Source of the DNA: Gnetum montanum
Taxonomy: Eukaryota; Plantae; Gnetophyta
Reading direction: 5' to 3'
Assembly (NCBI GenBank): GCA_015680685.1
Contig: MNCI01000808.1
Location: 344,844-408,843 of the forward strand
Length of the DNA stretch: 64,000 bases
Below are positions 36,241 through 49,257 of this stretch, piece after piece. Below the pieces are notes generated by a model. It searched no databases. It had not been told where the DNA came from and was given only the letters and a program-made list of their open reading frames with translations. The stretch's first letter is position 1, and every line of letters begins with the position of its first letter. The translations under genes were made by a program, and so were the position numbers.

Positions 36241-37140
36241 ATGGCACCAAACATTTGGTTATCTCGTTTTGCATGTACATTATTTCTATGTTTCCTACTA
36301 ATCCATGTTACTACTACAAATGTAGATACAAGATATAACAATGATGATATTTTCAATGAATTAAGATCTTTTATTACTTTTAAGTGATGCACCACCAGTG
36401 ATCCTCACTCTATTCTAAAAAATTGATGATCTGACTCTGTTTATGCTTGCAACTTCACTAGAATTCAATGCTCTTTAGGAAGAGTGATTTCAAAGGACCT
36501 TGATAGTAGTGCATTGGAAGGATCAATATCTACAACCATTACCAATTTGTCAATGTTGAAGGTACTCAATCTCTTTAACAAGTCATTATTTGGACTTATT
36601 CCACTTTAGCTTGGAAATCTATTTTGATACAATATCTTATGCTTACTAACAATTGTCTTAATGGAACCATTTCTAAATCTCGTAGAAAACTTGGCCAACT
36701 TAAGATTCTATACCTTTTCAGTACCTCTTGAAAAAGTCCAATTCTAGAGTCTTTTGGTAACCTCAAAGAGCTAACATATCTTTATTTCTATGAGAATCAT
36801 CTCACAGGGTCTATTACTACATCTCTAGAAGAGATTACCCAACTCAAGTTACTGATCCTTTATGATAGCTCTTTGATAGGTACAATTTCAGTCTCCATTA
36901 TTGCACTTGTTAACTTGATCCATCTTAAGCTCTCCCATAACAATCTCACTGGTGTTGTACCAATTTCACTTGGAAAACTCACCTATTTAGAGATCCTCTA
37001 TCTTAAAAATAATAATTTGCATGGATCTATTCCACCTCAATTTGGCAACATCTTTTCCCTTGAGCACTTTGATTTGGACATTAACTCTCTGAATGGCACT
37101 ATTCTTGCTTCTCTTGGAAAGCTCACATGCCTCAAGTTCT
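36241..37140 (+). pseudogene. Truncated, decayed LRR receptor-like kinase paralog (signal peptide, LRR-NT, ~7 LRRs), cut off by viral DNA
   Basis: Aligns to 55749-~56655; multiple stops and indels; surviving ORF 36873-37154 has plant LRR consensus. Confidence 0.92.
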
Positions 37141-40100
37141 TGAGATCTCTCTAAACCCCGATACCTCTTAGCATTGCAAATTGACCCTCATATAGGTGAG
37201 GGGACTATCTCTTAACCATTCAATGTGCCTTCCATCTCACACCACACTTCTAGGTAGTGGAAGACAATATTATGTGATTCAAGACAAGATCAAATCTTAG
37301 TTTTCAAGATAGAGTCACATGACTTTACTGTACATATGACTGTTATGATCCCTTTTACTATACATAATGGACATATCATGATGGTCAATTGGATATGGAT
37401 CCAAATAGGGATCCACTATTAGACTCATCTTTTGATCTCTAATATGGTGAGGGAGGATGACAATGATGAATGAGTTTACTATAGCCACACTGATCTTTGA
37501 ATTGAATGATCCTATGATCTAAAGATTCTAGGCTTAGAGTCCTAGGTTGTAGCACTCTTTCCAAGAAATATTTCTTAATATAAGTAGCATTATTAGTGTA
37601 GCTGTCTTGGTAGAAGGCCTATTCCAAGAATTTCACCAATCTATTCTCTTGTTGATACAGGACATGAGGTAATATCTTAGAGTGGTGCAACTTGCTAAGT
37701 AATTCTATCTTTTGGCTTCAGTGCTTCCATAAAAATGATAATCACCATGGTTTTCATTCCTTCTTTGATAGAGACAATTTGGATAATTAGGAGGATAGTG
37801 GAGAAGGGTGTGTCCAAATTTTTACCACCATGTCCAGAAGGCCTCATTTGGTCCATCATGACATCCCTAAGGGTTAAGAGCAATAGAGAAGAAATGGTAG
37901 GGACTAGGTTGATAATAAGACCATTATAAGGCCATTAAAGGGTAAAAAATTCCAAATGAGTTCATTGAAATATCAAATGCTTGACACCTAGAGCTGAGGT
38001 AACAATCCTAGTATGAATATCTAAACCTATATTTGCATGCTCATGAAACCAACAGAAATTAGAAAACAAGTATTCATGTGACTTAAGGTTTTGAGTCATA
38101 TCTATGGAGAACATATACTATTTTTTTGGTGTGCATGCTTGTAGACACCTAGAGGATCGCATCATCCAGCCTTCATTTATTAATAACTCTATACAATAAA
38201 CCTAAGATATTAGTAATTACACTAAGGGTTGGAACTCTCTGGTCAGAAAATATACTAAGCTATTTTTTCCACCAGCTATATATTCTAAATAAAAATTAAA
38301 ATTCTCTACATATAGTGCCCATCAAATTAACCTCATATGAGCCACTTTATTTAAGGCCTTTGAACTTAAGTACTTTTCAAAATGTTTTAAGTCACTCCTA
38401 ATAATGAAATTGGAGTGCTCTGAAAATGACCTAAATTTTTCTACTCCTTTAATGATGGCAGGAAGTTCTTTATGTGCACTATGGTAGTTTTGCTATGTAT
38501 CAGATAACTTCCTAGATGTATACCTAAAGATTCTAACTACCTTATCTTTTTCTTCTTTTAAAGCTACTCCCCAAAACTCATAAGATGCATCTGTTTCTAA
38601 TATTAAATTTCCATCTATTGGAAACTAAATTTTTTGTAGGTATCTGCATTTTTCTTTCAAAAGTAAAACTATGTCTATATGTTTTTGTGTCCATGGTTGG
38701 GAATTTTGGCTAAGTTGTTCATTTAGCAACTTATAGTCTCTAGCCAATTTTTTGTAAAATCTAAACACATAGTTTATACAACCTAAAAATCTTTGTAGTT
38801 GTAATTTATCCTTCAATTTATTAGGAAATGTTTTGATGGATTCTAGGATGTGGTTTTGTAGAGATATAGATCCTTGGGATATTTCTAGTCCTAGAAATTC
38901 AATGGTATCTTTTTCAATAAGCATCTTTGTAGGAGAGATACTAAACCATTTTTATTGATAATGTCATAAAATATACTAAGGTGCTTAAAATGCTATTGTG
39001 GATTCTTACTCATAATCAAGGTATCATCTATGTATACCATAATAAATGGATATGTTCCAAAGATTGCATTCATTGTCTTTTGAAAAATGGAGGGTGCTAT
39101 TTTATCCCAAAAGGAAAAATAGTCCATTGGTATAAACCACCTAGAACTGTGAAGGTAGTTTTCCACCTATCTTGTTCTTCCACCTGTATTTGCTAGAAAC
39201 CTAATTTTAAATCAAACTTGGAGTAAACATATGTGTTTAATAATCTTTTGAAAATATTGTCCTTACTAGGTATTAAATGTTGTATTGATTTTATGAGTTC
39301 ATTCAAAGGTTTGTAATTAACTACTAATCTCTTATTTCCATGCACTTGCTCAACTCTTTTGTTGACATAGAAGGCAGCACAAGTGAACATATTGGTAGTA
39401 GGTTCAATTAATCCTTTTTCTAGAAGTACCTATATCTTAGTGTTGCACTCCTTCTTTAGAGAAGGGGGCATTCCTATATGATGTGCTTTTTCCTTTATTT
39501 TTATGTCATCCCTTAATTTGATATGGCACCAATGTCCTTTTTTATTTCTGAATATGGTAGGATCATCATGAGCTAATGTCATTAGTTTCTTCTAGAGTTC
39601 TTCAAACCGATTCTTAAGTTTTTCAACATTATTAATAACCCATGGTTTAGAATTTGGTTTAGTATGTTGGGGAGTTTGGAATCTTTCCTTATAAGTGTTA
39701 TTTCTATAGAATTTATTATTAGCTAATAGAATGTAATTTCTACCTATAGTATATGGTTCTAGTTTCTCTAGATTATCTATTCCTAATAATAAGTCATAAG
39801 ATTTCATATTAAAGCAATATACTTAAATATGAATTAAGTTATTATCTATATTCTTCATGGGTATCCTAGCTTGATATTCTAGTGGAGCCTTTTGGGTATT
39901 AAAATTAATGTATGTCTTTTCCTTCTTTATCTAGAAGTGAGAAGAAATTATATCCCATCTTGCTAGACAGACTTCAGTGCCACTATCGACAAGAGCATCT
40001 ATCAGATAAGACTTATATTCATCAAAATTTATCATAAAGGTACATAAATGTAAAGTAGTTATCTTAATATTTTTATCAGCTATACACACAATCATGGCAT

Positions 40101-43100
40101 TTTTTTCTTCTTGATATTTCTACCTTTGATAACTCCTCTATTTTTTCTAATTATGCTAATTCGTTGGTAGCCCATATATGTATTTATGTAGTTGAGCTAT
40201 CCTTTGTTGTCTTATCAATGATTCATCAAGAGGAGAGATTTTTATGTCTTTTTGCTATTCTTCTTCTTCCATATCATTTCTTAAGTTAGACCTATAACTT
40301 AGAATCCTTTTAGATTCTATAGGTTAAGAATCTAGATATTTGGATAATCTTTCATCTATCAAATATTGTTGTTCACCTAGTTTTAGAGACATAATTTTAT
40401 TTATGTCATCTATAGGGGCAATGTCTAACTAGTGTTTTAAAGTATTTAATTGTATTTTTATAATCTAATATGTGGGGTCATTTTTCATTGGATCTAGATC
40501 ACTCATGTCTAGTTGGTGAGTTGAGGATGGTTCTGAGGTTAATGTTTTGACATCCAAGGAATACATGGATCTTGTGGTGGCTATCCTTTGTAAAGAACAT
40601 TTACAACTACTAACATCGCAACATTGATTCATATGGCAGTAAGAAATGTTGGAATCGTCACTCTTCCCCCACATCCCAACAACCACCCCCCTCTACCCCC
40701 CATCAAAGGTAGAAGGCTTAATATCACTAATGACATTATTAGAGTATCCATCTGATTCAATGTAAATGTCACCAAGTTCAAAAGGAATAGAGGCATCAAT
40801 GGTGTATTCATAAAGATGTTCAAATAAATTGTAATGTGCTATGAAGTTGACTTATTGAGAATGTCTAGCCTTGTGAGGACATTGTCTTGCAAAGTTAGTT
40901 CCTTTGCAAATAAAGCATTTAATTTATCCTTTTGAAATTTTATTCTTTGTTTATTTGAATATTCCTCTAAATTTTTTATGACATTTTGGGTGAGAAGGAT
41001 TTTTGGACCATGTGGGACATGTAGGCTTCCATTGCTTCCTATATGATTTTGAATAGCAAATAAATCTATCTTGTTGTTGCCAACAATGTTCTACATAGAT
41101 GTTTTGGTAGAATGGTTTTCCTAACTTACGGTTAATTTGTTTCATAACAGCTTGTGCTTGTCTATCTTGTTACAATTCTCACTTATTTTATTAATTATCT
41201 AATATAATTGAAACTCATATCGTCTAATGTCCTATTTCTTAGTTTTATTTCTTGCTGATATTTCTCAACAAAGAGTTGGGGCATGACACCTAGAAGGTGT
41301 TCTTTAGAACCCTATTGTGAGTTAGTTTACCACGATAATACTAGCCTTTCATCTAATATAAGAAACTATGGACATCTTGAATCCTATATAATTTTATAGC
41401 AAAGTATTGCTCCCTACAATCAGTAACATAATTATCTTTATTACTTAAAAATTCTTTAGTAATGGAATTGATAAATAGAATAGATGTTCCATGTAAGATT
41501 TTTCTCTTAATATCTACATCTATTTGGTTCCACCAGCATTTTAGGTTTCCTATAAAATTAAAGATGGCATTCTATATGACATGTTTAGATGTTTTTCTAT
41601 CTAGCAAAACTTGTCAATCTATGAATCCTAAGATTTGGTCAATCACAGGTTGCCTTTCTAGGAAAGAAAGCCTATCTAAATTGAATCTGGGTTCTTTTTC
41701 ACTAATTGTTCTAGAAGATATCACTTGATAGTCTTGTGGGGCTTGAATGTATATTTCTAGATTCTTCACTAGATTTTCTACTTCTGAGTGTAGGTCTTCT
41801 CGACATCTTTCCTGTCCTTCATAATCTGTAATGACCATAGGACTAGAAGTAGATTCCTCATTAGCATTAACCCTAGAATTTTCCTTTTGCTTCCTACTAT
41901 ATCAAGATCTATGATCTTGCAAAGAAAAGAAGACTCTATATTGGTACCATATTCTAGGATACCATGCTCAGGGGATTTTTGTTTCTAGTTGATGGTAGAA
42001 ACATGTTTTTTTTTTAGAATTGCTTGAATCCATCAAAAATTTTATCTATTTTTTGAGAATTTTTATATAATTTACTTTCTATTATATAAGACTAACTTAA
42101 TATATCATTAATCTTAGAGTTAGCCCAATTATGCATTTGGATTGTATCCATTAGTGGGTCAACAAATAGTTTCTAGAAAAGGATGTGAACCTTTTTCTTT
42201 GGTTTTTTGATTTCTTCTATGAATTTTGGTTCTTCTAAGATATTCATGCTTATCTTTGATAAGGTATCACATTCTACACAGTAATACTGATGATCATATT
42301 TTACTGTGGAATGGTGTGGACAGGATTCTAAGGAACTATCATCACTAGTGTCAATTTCCTCTATAGGTTATTTACCATTTTTTTGCTCAAAAATTTCTAC
42401 AAAGCTTTTGCTATCACTAAATGCTTAGCTATTTCTTTAGGAGTTTCTTTCTCCGTAAGTGATTGTGCAAGTGCTTTTCCTAGAAGCTTTTTTACATCAT
42501 ATGTGATGCCTAGGTTTTTAAAAACTCTCCATATAGTTTCTTTTGAAGGTAAAATCATTTTGTCCTCTTTTTTGGGATTATATGAAAAGATCTCCTTCTA
42601 GGTATGAGGGAAGAAGGATTCTTAATAGGTGGTAATATCCTTTTTTAATAAAATTATCCCTGTTCTAAAGAACAAAATGGATCTACTTCAAAAAACTTTG
42701 GATTTTTTAGTCTCACTTGATAATGTCTTTTCCCTAAATTTTGAGTTGATTTCTTGGGTAAGACATGTTCATAGAATTCTTCTAAAGTATTATCTAGCTG
42801 AGGATATAGAGTGTGGATTGGTAGGTCCTCTATATTTAAGGCTAATCCATATTCTATATTGGAAGTTCCACAAGAAACAAATTGTTCACTGAATGGTAAA
42901 AGGGTTTTAATACTGACACTTTGAAATAACTTAAAAATAGTCTAGTACCTATTATAGCATAAATACTACCTAACTTCATATCTAATGAAATATAAACTAT
43001 GATCATTAAATTTTTAGCTAAGTTATGATCACGTAATGAAAGAGTAAAATTAGGAATGGTGACAACTAAGGCATCTAATTCATGATGACCTTTTTCCTGA

Positions 43101-43240
43101 GTGACAGTGACATCTATGAAGTTTTTGAACCTTTGGTTGACTAGCGCAATCCAATAAGGGTTCTTTAGTCAATAGTTGAAGTGAGGGTGGATGTGTATAT
43201 CAAGTTTAGCAACATGGATATAGTTATATCTGTCTAAAAT
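37139..43240 (-). mobile_element. Endogenous caulimovirid, near-complete decayed genome: movement protein (~42930-43235), coat protein with zinc knuckle (~40870-41900), aspartic protease (~39750-40060), RT (~38650-39480), RNase H (~38230-38620), downstream ORF (~37450-38200), promoter region
   Basis: Hand translation: MP YNYIHVAKL...ALVNQRFKNF...IPNFTLSLRDHNL; CFICKGTNFARQCP; DALVDSGTEV; AFYVNKRVEQVHGNKRLVVNYKPLN, YSKFDLKLGF, VYIDD; ILETDAS; no integrase or LTRs. Confidence 0.9.
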
Positions 43241-43676
43241 CTACTTCCTAACCCCTCCCCAACAAGCCCCACACACCCCACCCCCCACCCCCACCCTGCC
43301 CAAGGGTGACAAGGTAGAGGCAAAATCCACTAACTTCCAATTCACATTTAGAGAAGTGCATAGAGCTTAGGGATTCTAAAGGAGCTAGCTTCTTTAGATG
43401 GTATATCTCACATTTCCTTGGTAATGGTCACATACTAGAACAAAAAGAAGTACTATAGAAAGAAGATAAATGACAAGTGTATGGATTAGAAGAACCTAAA
43501 ACAAAGCAATTTTCAACAACCATGTTAATGCAGGTGGCTTCAGAATGTTGATTTAGATGACTTGGGATGGCACTAGCTCGAGAGTGATACGGGCTTTCGC
43601 AAATCATTGTGCTTCCATGCCTATCCATCGGCTTAACATGCATCTTATTGCATGGGCTACACACCTTCTGCAACCA

Positions 43677-46600
43677 GGATAAATGCTTTATTTGCAAATG
43701 AAATTAAGTTACAAGATAATGTCCTCACAAGGCTAAACATTCTGAGCAAGCCATCTTCATAGCACATTACAATTTATCTAAAACTTTTTATGAATACACC
43801 GTTCATTCCTCTACCCCTTTTTAATGTAGTGAGATTTACATCGAATTAGATGAATACTTTGATACTTTCATTAGTGATCTCAAGAATTCTTTCTCTAATG
43901 GGAGAAGAGAGTGTGTGGTAATTCTGACATTTTTTACTACCATATGAACCAATGCCACGGTGGTAGTAGTCATAAATGTTATTTACGAAGGATAGTCACC
44001 ACAACACCCATGTATTTCTCAGATGTTAAAACATTAGTCTCAAAACCATCCTCAACTCACCAACTAGACACGAGTGATCTAGATCTAATGAAAGATGATT
44101 CCACATATCAGATTATAAAAGCATAATTAAAAACTTTAAAATACTAGCTAGACACTAACCCTATAGATGACATAAACAAAATTATGTATCTACAACATAG
44201 AATCAAAGAAAAGGAATAGGAACTAGATGAACAATAATATTTGACAGAAGAAAGGTTAATCAAATATCTAGATTATCAACCTATAGAATCTGAAAGGAGT
44301 CTAAGTTCTAGGTTTGACTGAGGGAATGATTTGGAAGAAAAGAAGAATAAAAAGGCATAAACATCCTTCCACTTGATGAATCATTGATGAGAAAACAAAG
44401 AATAGCTCAACTACATAAATACATACAATGGACTACTAATTAATTAGTAGAATTATAAAAATAGAGGAGAGTTCTCAAAGGTAGAAATATCAAGAAGAAA
44501 CAAATGTCATGCCTATGTGTATAGTTAATAAGAATATTAAAATAACTACATTACCTTTATGTACCTTTATGATAAATTTTGACAAGTCTTATCTAGTAGA
44601 TGCTCTTGTGGATAGTGGCACTGAAGTCTCTCTAGCAAGATGAGATACAATTCCTTTTGATTTCTAGATAAAGAAAGAAAAGACATAGTTACTTTTAATA
44701 CCCAAAAAACTCTGCTAGAATATCAAGCTAGAATACCCATAAAGACTATAGATAATAACTTAATTCATATTGAATTATATTGCTTTAATATGAAATCGTA
44801 TGACTTATTATTAGGAACAAATAATCTAGATAAATTAGAACCATATACTATAGGAAGAAATTACATTCTATTAGCTAATCATAAATTCTATACATATAAC
44901 ACTTATAAGGAAAGATTCCAAACTCCCCAACATACTAAACCAAATGCTAAATCATGGGTTATTCATAATGTTGAAAAACTTAAGTATCAATTTGAAGAAA
45001 TCTAGAAGAAACTAATGACATTAGCCCATGATGAACCTACCATATTTAGAAACAAAAAGGAACATTAGTGCCATATCGAATTAAGGGATGAAATAAAACT
45101 AAAGGCAAAAACACCTTATATAGGGATGCCCCCTTCTCTAAAGAAGGAGTGTGACACTAAGATACAGGTACTTCTAGAAAAAGGATTAATTGAACCTAGT
45201 ACCAGTATGTTCACTTGTGTTTCCTTCTATGTCAACAAAAGACCTAAACAAGAGTTTAGAAATAAGAGGTTAGTAATTAATTACAAACCTTTGAATGAAC
45301 TCATAAAATTGGTACAACATCCAATACCTATTAAAGATGATCTTTTCCAAAGATTATTACACACACATGTTTACTCCAAGTTTGATTTAATATCAAGCTT
45401 TTAGAAAATACAGGTGGAAGAAAAAGATAGGTGAAAAAATGCCTCCATGGTTTTAGGTGGTTTATACCAATGGAATGTTTTTTCTTTTGGAATAAAAATA
45501 GCACCCTCCATTTTTTAGAAGACAATGGATGCAATCTTTGGAATATATCCCTTTATTATGGTATACATAGATGATACCTTGATTATGAACAAGAATTCAC
45601 ATTAGCATTTGGAGCACCTTAGTATATTTTATGATATTATCGATAAAAATGGTTTAGTACTCTCTCCTACAAAGATGCTCATTACAAAAGATACCATTGA
45701 ATTCCTAAGATTAGAAATATCCCAAGGATCTATATCTCTACAAAACCACATCCTAAAAATCCATCAAAACATTTCCTAAGGAACTAAAGGATAAAATGCA
45801 ACTACAAATATTTTTAGGTTGTATAAATTATGTGTTAGGATTTTATGAAAACTTGGCTAGAGACCATAAGTTTCTAAATGAAAAACGTATCCAAAATCCC
45901 CAACCATGGATACAAAAACATATAGACACAGTATTACATTTGAATGAAAAATGTAGACAGCTGTCAAAACTTCAATTTCCAATAGATGGAACTTTAATAT
46001 TAGAAACAGATGCATCTTATGAGTTTTAGGGAGCATCTTTAAAAGAATAAAAAAGATAAGGTAGTTAGAATCAGTAGGTATGCATCTAGGAAGTTCTATG
46101 ATACATAGTAAAACTACCATAATATGCATAAAGAACTTCTTACCATCATTAAAGGAGTAGAAAAATTTAGGTTATGTTTATAGCACACCCATTTCATTAT
46201 TAGGAGTGACATAAAACATTTTTATAAGTACTTAAGTTCAAAGGCCTTAAATAAAATGGCTCATACAAGGTTAATTCAATGGGCACTATATTTAGTGAAT
46301 TTTGATTTTTCTTACAAATACATAGATGGTAGGAAAAATAGTTTAGTAGATTTTCTAACCAAAAAGTTTCAACCCTCTGTGTAATTACTAATATCTTGGG
46401 TTTATTGTACAAAGTTATTAATAAATGAAGGCTAGACAATGTGATCCTCCAAGCATCTATGAGCATATGCACTATGAGAACAGTATATGTCCCTCCTAGA
46501 GATGACTCAAAACCTTGAGTTACATGAATACTAGTTTTCTAATTTCTATTGGTTTCATGAGCATGCAAATATAGGTTAAAATATTCATACTAGGATTGTT

Positions 46601-47630
46601 ACCTCAGCTCAAGGTGTCAAGCCTTTGATATTCCTACAAACTCATCTAGAATTGTTTACCCTTCAATGGCCTAATAACAATGATTTTCTACTATGAACTT
46701 ATTATCAACCTAGCTCCTACCATTTCTTCTCTATTGATCTTAACCCTTGGGGATCTAGTAATAGACCAAATAAGGCCATCTAGACATGGTGGTCAAAATT
46801 TGGACAAACCCCTTTCCACTATCCTCCTAATTATCCAAATTATCTCTATCAAAGAAGGAATGAACACCATGGTGATTATCCTTTTTATGGAAGTGTTGAA
46901 GCTAAAGGATGGCATTACTTAGCAATTCGCACCACTCCAAGATATTACCTCCTATCTTGTATCAACAAGAGAATAGACTAGCAAAATTCTTGGTAACAAG
47001 CCTAGAAATGCACACAACAATATTGCTTGGAAATGGGGCTACAACTTAGGACTCTAAACCTAGAATCTTTAAATCATAGGATCATTCAATTCAAAGATCA
47101 AGGTGGCTACAATAGACTCATTCATCATTGTTGTCCTCCCTCACCATACTGGAGCTCATAAGATGAGTATAATAGTGGATCCCTATCCAAATCCATATCC
47201 AGCTGATCATGATGATTTGTCCATTACGTATAGTAAAAGGAACTGTAATAGTCATATGTACAGTAAAATCACATGAATCCATCCTAAAAAGTAAGACTCG
47301 ATCTCATCTCGAATCACATAATATTGTCTTCCACTACCTAGTAGTGTGGTGTGAGCTAGAAGGCATGTTGAATTGTTGAGAGGCAGTTCCTTCTCCTATA
47401 TTAGGGTCAGTTTGCAATGCTAAGAGGTATTGAGGTTCAAAGAGATCTCAAGTTGAAGCCCTTTACTCACTTGAAAGCATTCCTACTTCAAGAATCCCTT
47501 AGCTACTTCTTTTCTACACTCTACTTCATGTAGTTTGAATAATATGAAAAAGGAGATTCTTTGTAGTATATATTTGTGCATCATTCCTATTGTATTCTAC
47601 TATGTTGTGTGCATTTGTGTTATCATAAGT
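43677..47630 (+). mobile_element. Second, inverted copy of the endogenous caulimovirid (CP C-terminus, AP, RT, RH, downstream ORF, promoter and probable leader)
   Basis: 43677-47452 is the reverse complement of 37139-40930; ORF pairs match (MKSYDLLLG..., FYVNKR...NYKPLN, ILETDAS). Confidence 0.9.
47390..47405 (+). promoter_or_regulatory. Putative TATA box of the viral pregenomic (35S-like) promoter; mirror copy at ~37187-37197 on the minus strand
   Basis: CCTATATTAG / CCTATATGAG in the intergenic region after the last ORF, where caulimovirid promoters lie. Confidence 0.45.
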
Positions 47631-47922
47631 GCAACTCTTGCTCAAACCTCTTTCTCACACCTCTTAATCATTTTTCTTACTAATTTTCACACTTATGGTA
47701 ACACAGATGGACACAACATAGTGAACTACAATAGAAATGATGCACAAAGATATACTACAAAGAATCTTCTTGTTCATATTATTTAAGTTTCATGAAGTAG
47801 AGTACAAAAAAGAAGCAAGTAAGGGATGCTTGAAGTAAGAATACTTTCAAGTGAGCAAAGAGCTTCAACTCTTGCTTGAACCTCTCAATCACACCTCTTA
47901 ATCATTTTTCTTGCTAATTTTC
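47451..47922. repeat. ~180-bp inverted repeat (47451-47630 / 47690-47870) whose ~58-bp loop is repeated directly at 47866-47922
   Basis: agttgaagccc...cataagtg versus cacttatgg...gagcttcaact; caactcttgct...ctaattttca occurs twice. Confidence 0.88.
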
Positions 47923-49257
47923 AAGGAAACAAACCTAATAATTTGTAGAAATATTTATCATGAACTGATATCTTTTGATAGGGATTTATATAAATCATCA
48001 AGTACTAATAGACATTAGTATTTTAAATCTTTAGATCATATCTTACTAAAACACTTTTTGTTGTAAAAACTACATTAGAAACCCTCAAGATTGACAAACA
48101 ACTAAGATAATTTATCACATAAAAACTCCACCGTACTTTGATCAACCCTCTTTCTTTTCCTAATACTAACTAATAAAGTATATCAATTCAGAGACAAAAT
48201 TCATATTGCAATGATTCATTCATTGATAGAACTATAGAGAAATTAAAAGAGAAATAAACCAAACCATCTGCAACAAAAAAATTCTTAATTCACATGAACT
48301 ATGGTAATACCAAGAATACTACATAAACAAATCATAACTCAATTAGGAAACCTTAATTCATACTTTAATCAAGGTATAAATTAAAATAAGAACACTAAAA
48401 AATAGAATTAATATAGAATACAGAACATCAACAATGAAATTAAACATTATTCAAAAAGATAATACAAATAAAAAAAACAAACCATAAACAAAATATCAGG
48501 TAGAAATATGAGAGATGAAAGAGAAAAAAGGAAAAAAAGAAGATAGTGCTAATGGTAGGTGCTATAATAATGTTGAACTAGATTATATATAATTCACATA
48601 TAAGGTAACTAAGCATGTATGCCCTTAAAAGATAAACCCAAGTTAGTGTTAACTTTAAAGTAGATGTTGCCTTGAGGATGATTCACAAGACCATACTAAG
48701 AGCACTGCAGAAAACACCATCTTTAAAGTGCATTGCAAAAAAAAAAAAAAACATCTCCTCCTTCTCATCCTACATTTTAAACATAAGGTATTATCCAAAA
48801 TATTTTATTTCCTTTTAGGTATGATACCATTCAAAATTCAAGAGTAGGCCTGTAATGTCCCCATTCCCAAATGATACTACTACATAACAAAGATGGTGCC
48901 TCTTCATAACAAGTGTTATTGTTATTGTAACAAGAATCGAAAGGGTAGGTGTAATTAAGACCCAAAGGGATGCATTGTAATAATGGATGTGTCTCTTAAG
49001 ATATCCTTTTGGGGTTTGACCTATGGCATTTATACCTAGGCTTAGAAGTTGTGCCAGGCATGGAGTGGTAGAAATGGTATAGGCAAGTAACAGGAGCTAG
49101 GTGAAGTGGGACAAGAAGAGGATTAGCCATCTCTTCTAGCAGAGTTGTAGGCTTAACCATGGTGGTAGTGCTAAATTTCCTTTAAGGGGATGGACACCAA
49201 AGCAAGAAAACCCCAAGGAACTCTCTCAGAGCATGATCCAAATACACTACTTTACAT

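Noticed and set aside
37139-47452. DIRS-like or giant TIR transposon explanation for the long inverted arms
   Set aside because: The arms contain viral coding sequence (AP-RT-RH), the spacer holds MP/CP, and no recombinase, transposase or TSD is visible
47535-47786. 83-aa hydrophobic ORF
   Set aside because: Lies across an AT-rich inverted-repeat rearrangement; no evidence of coding
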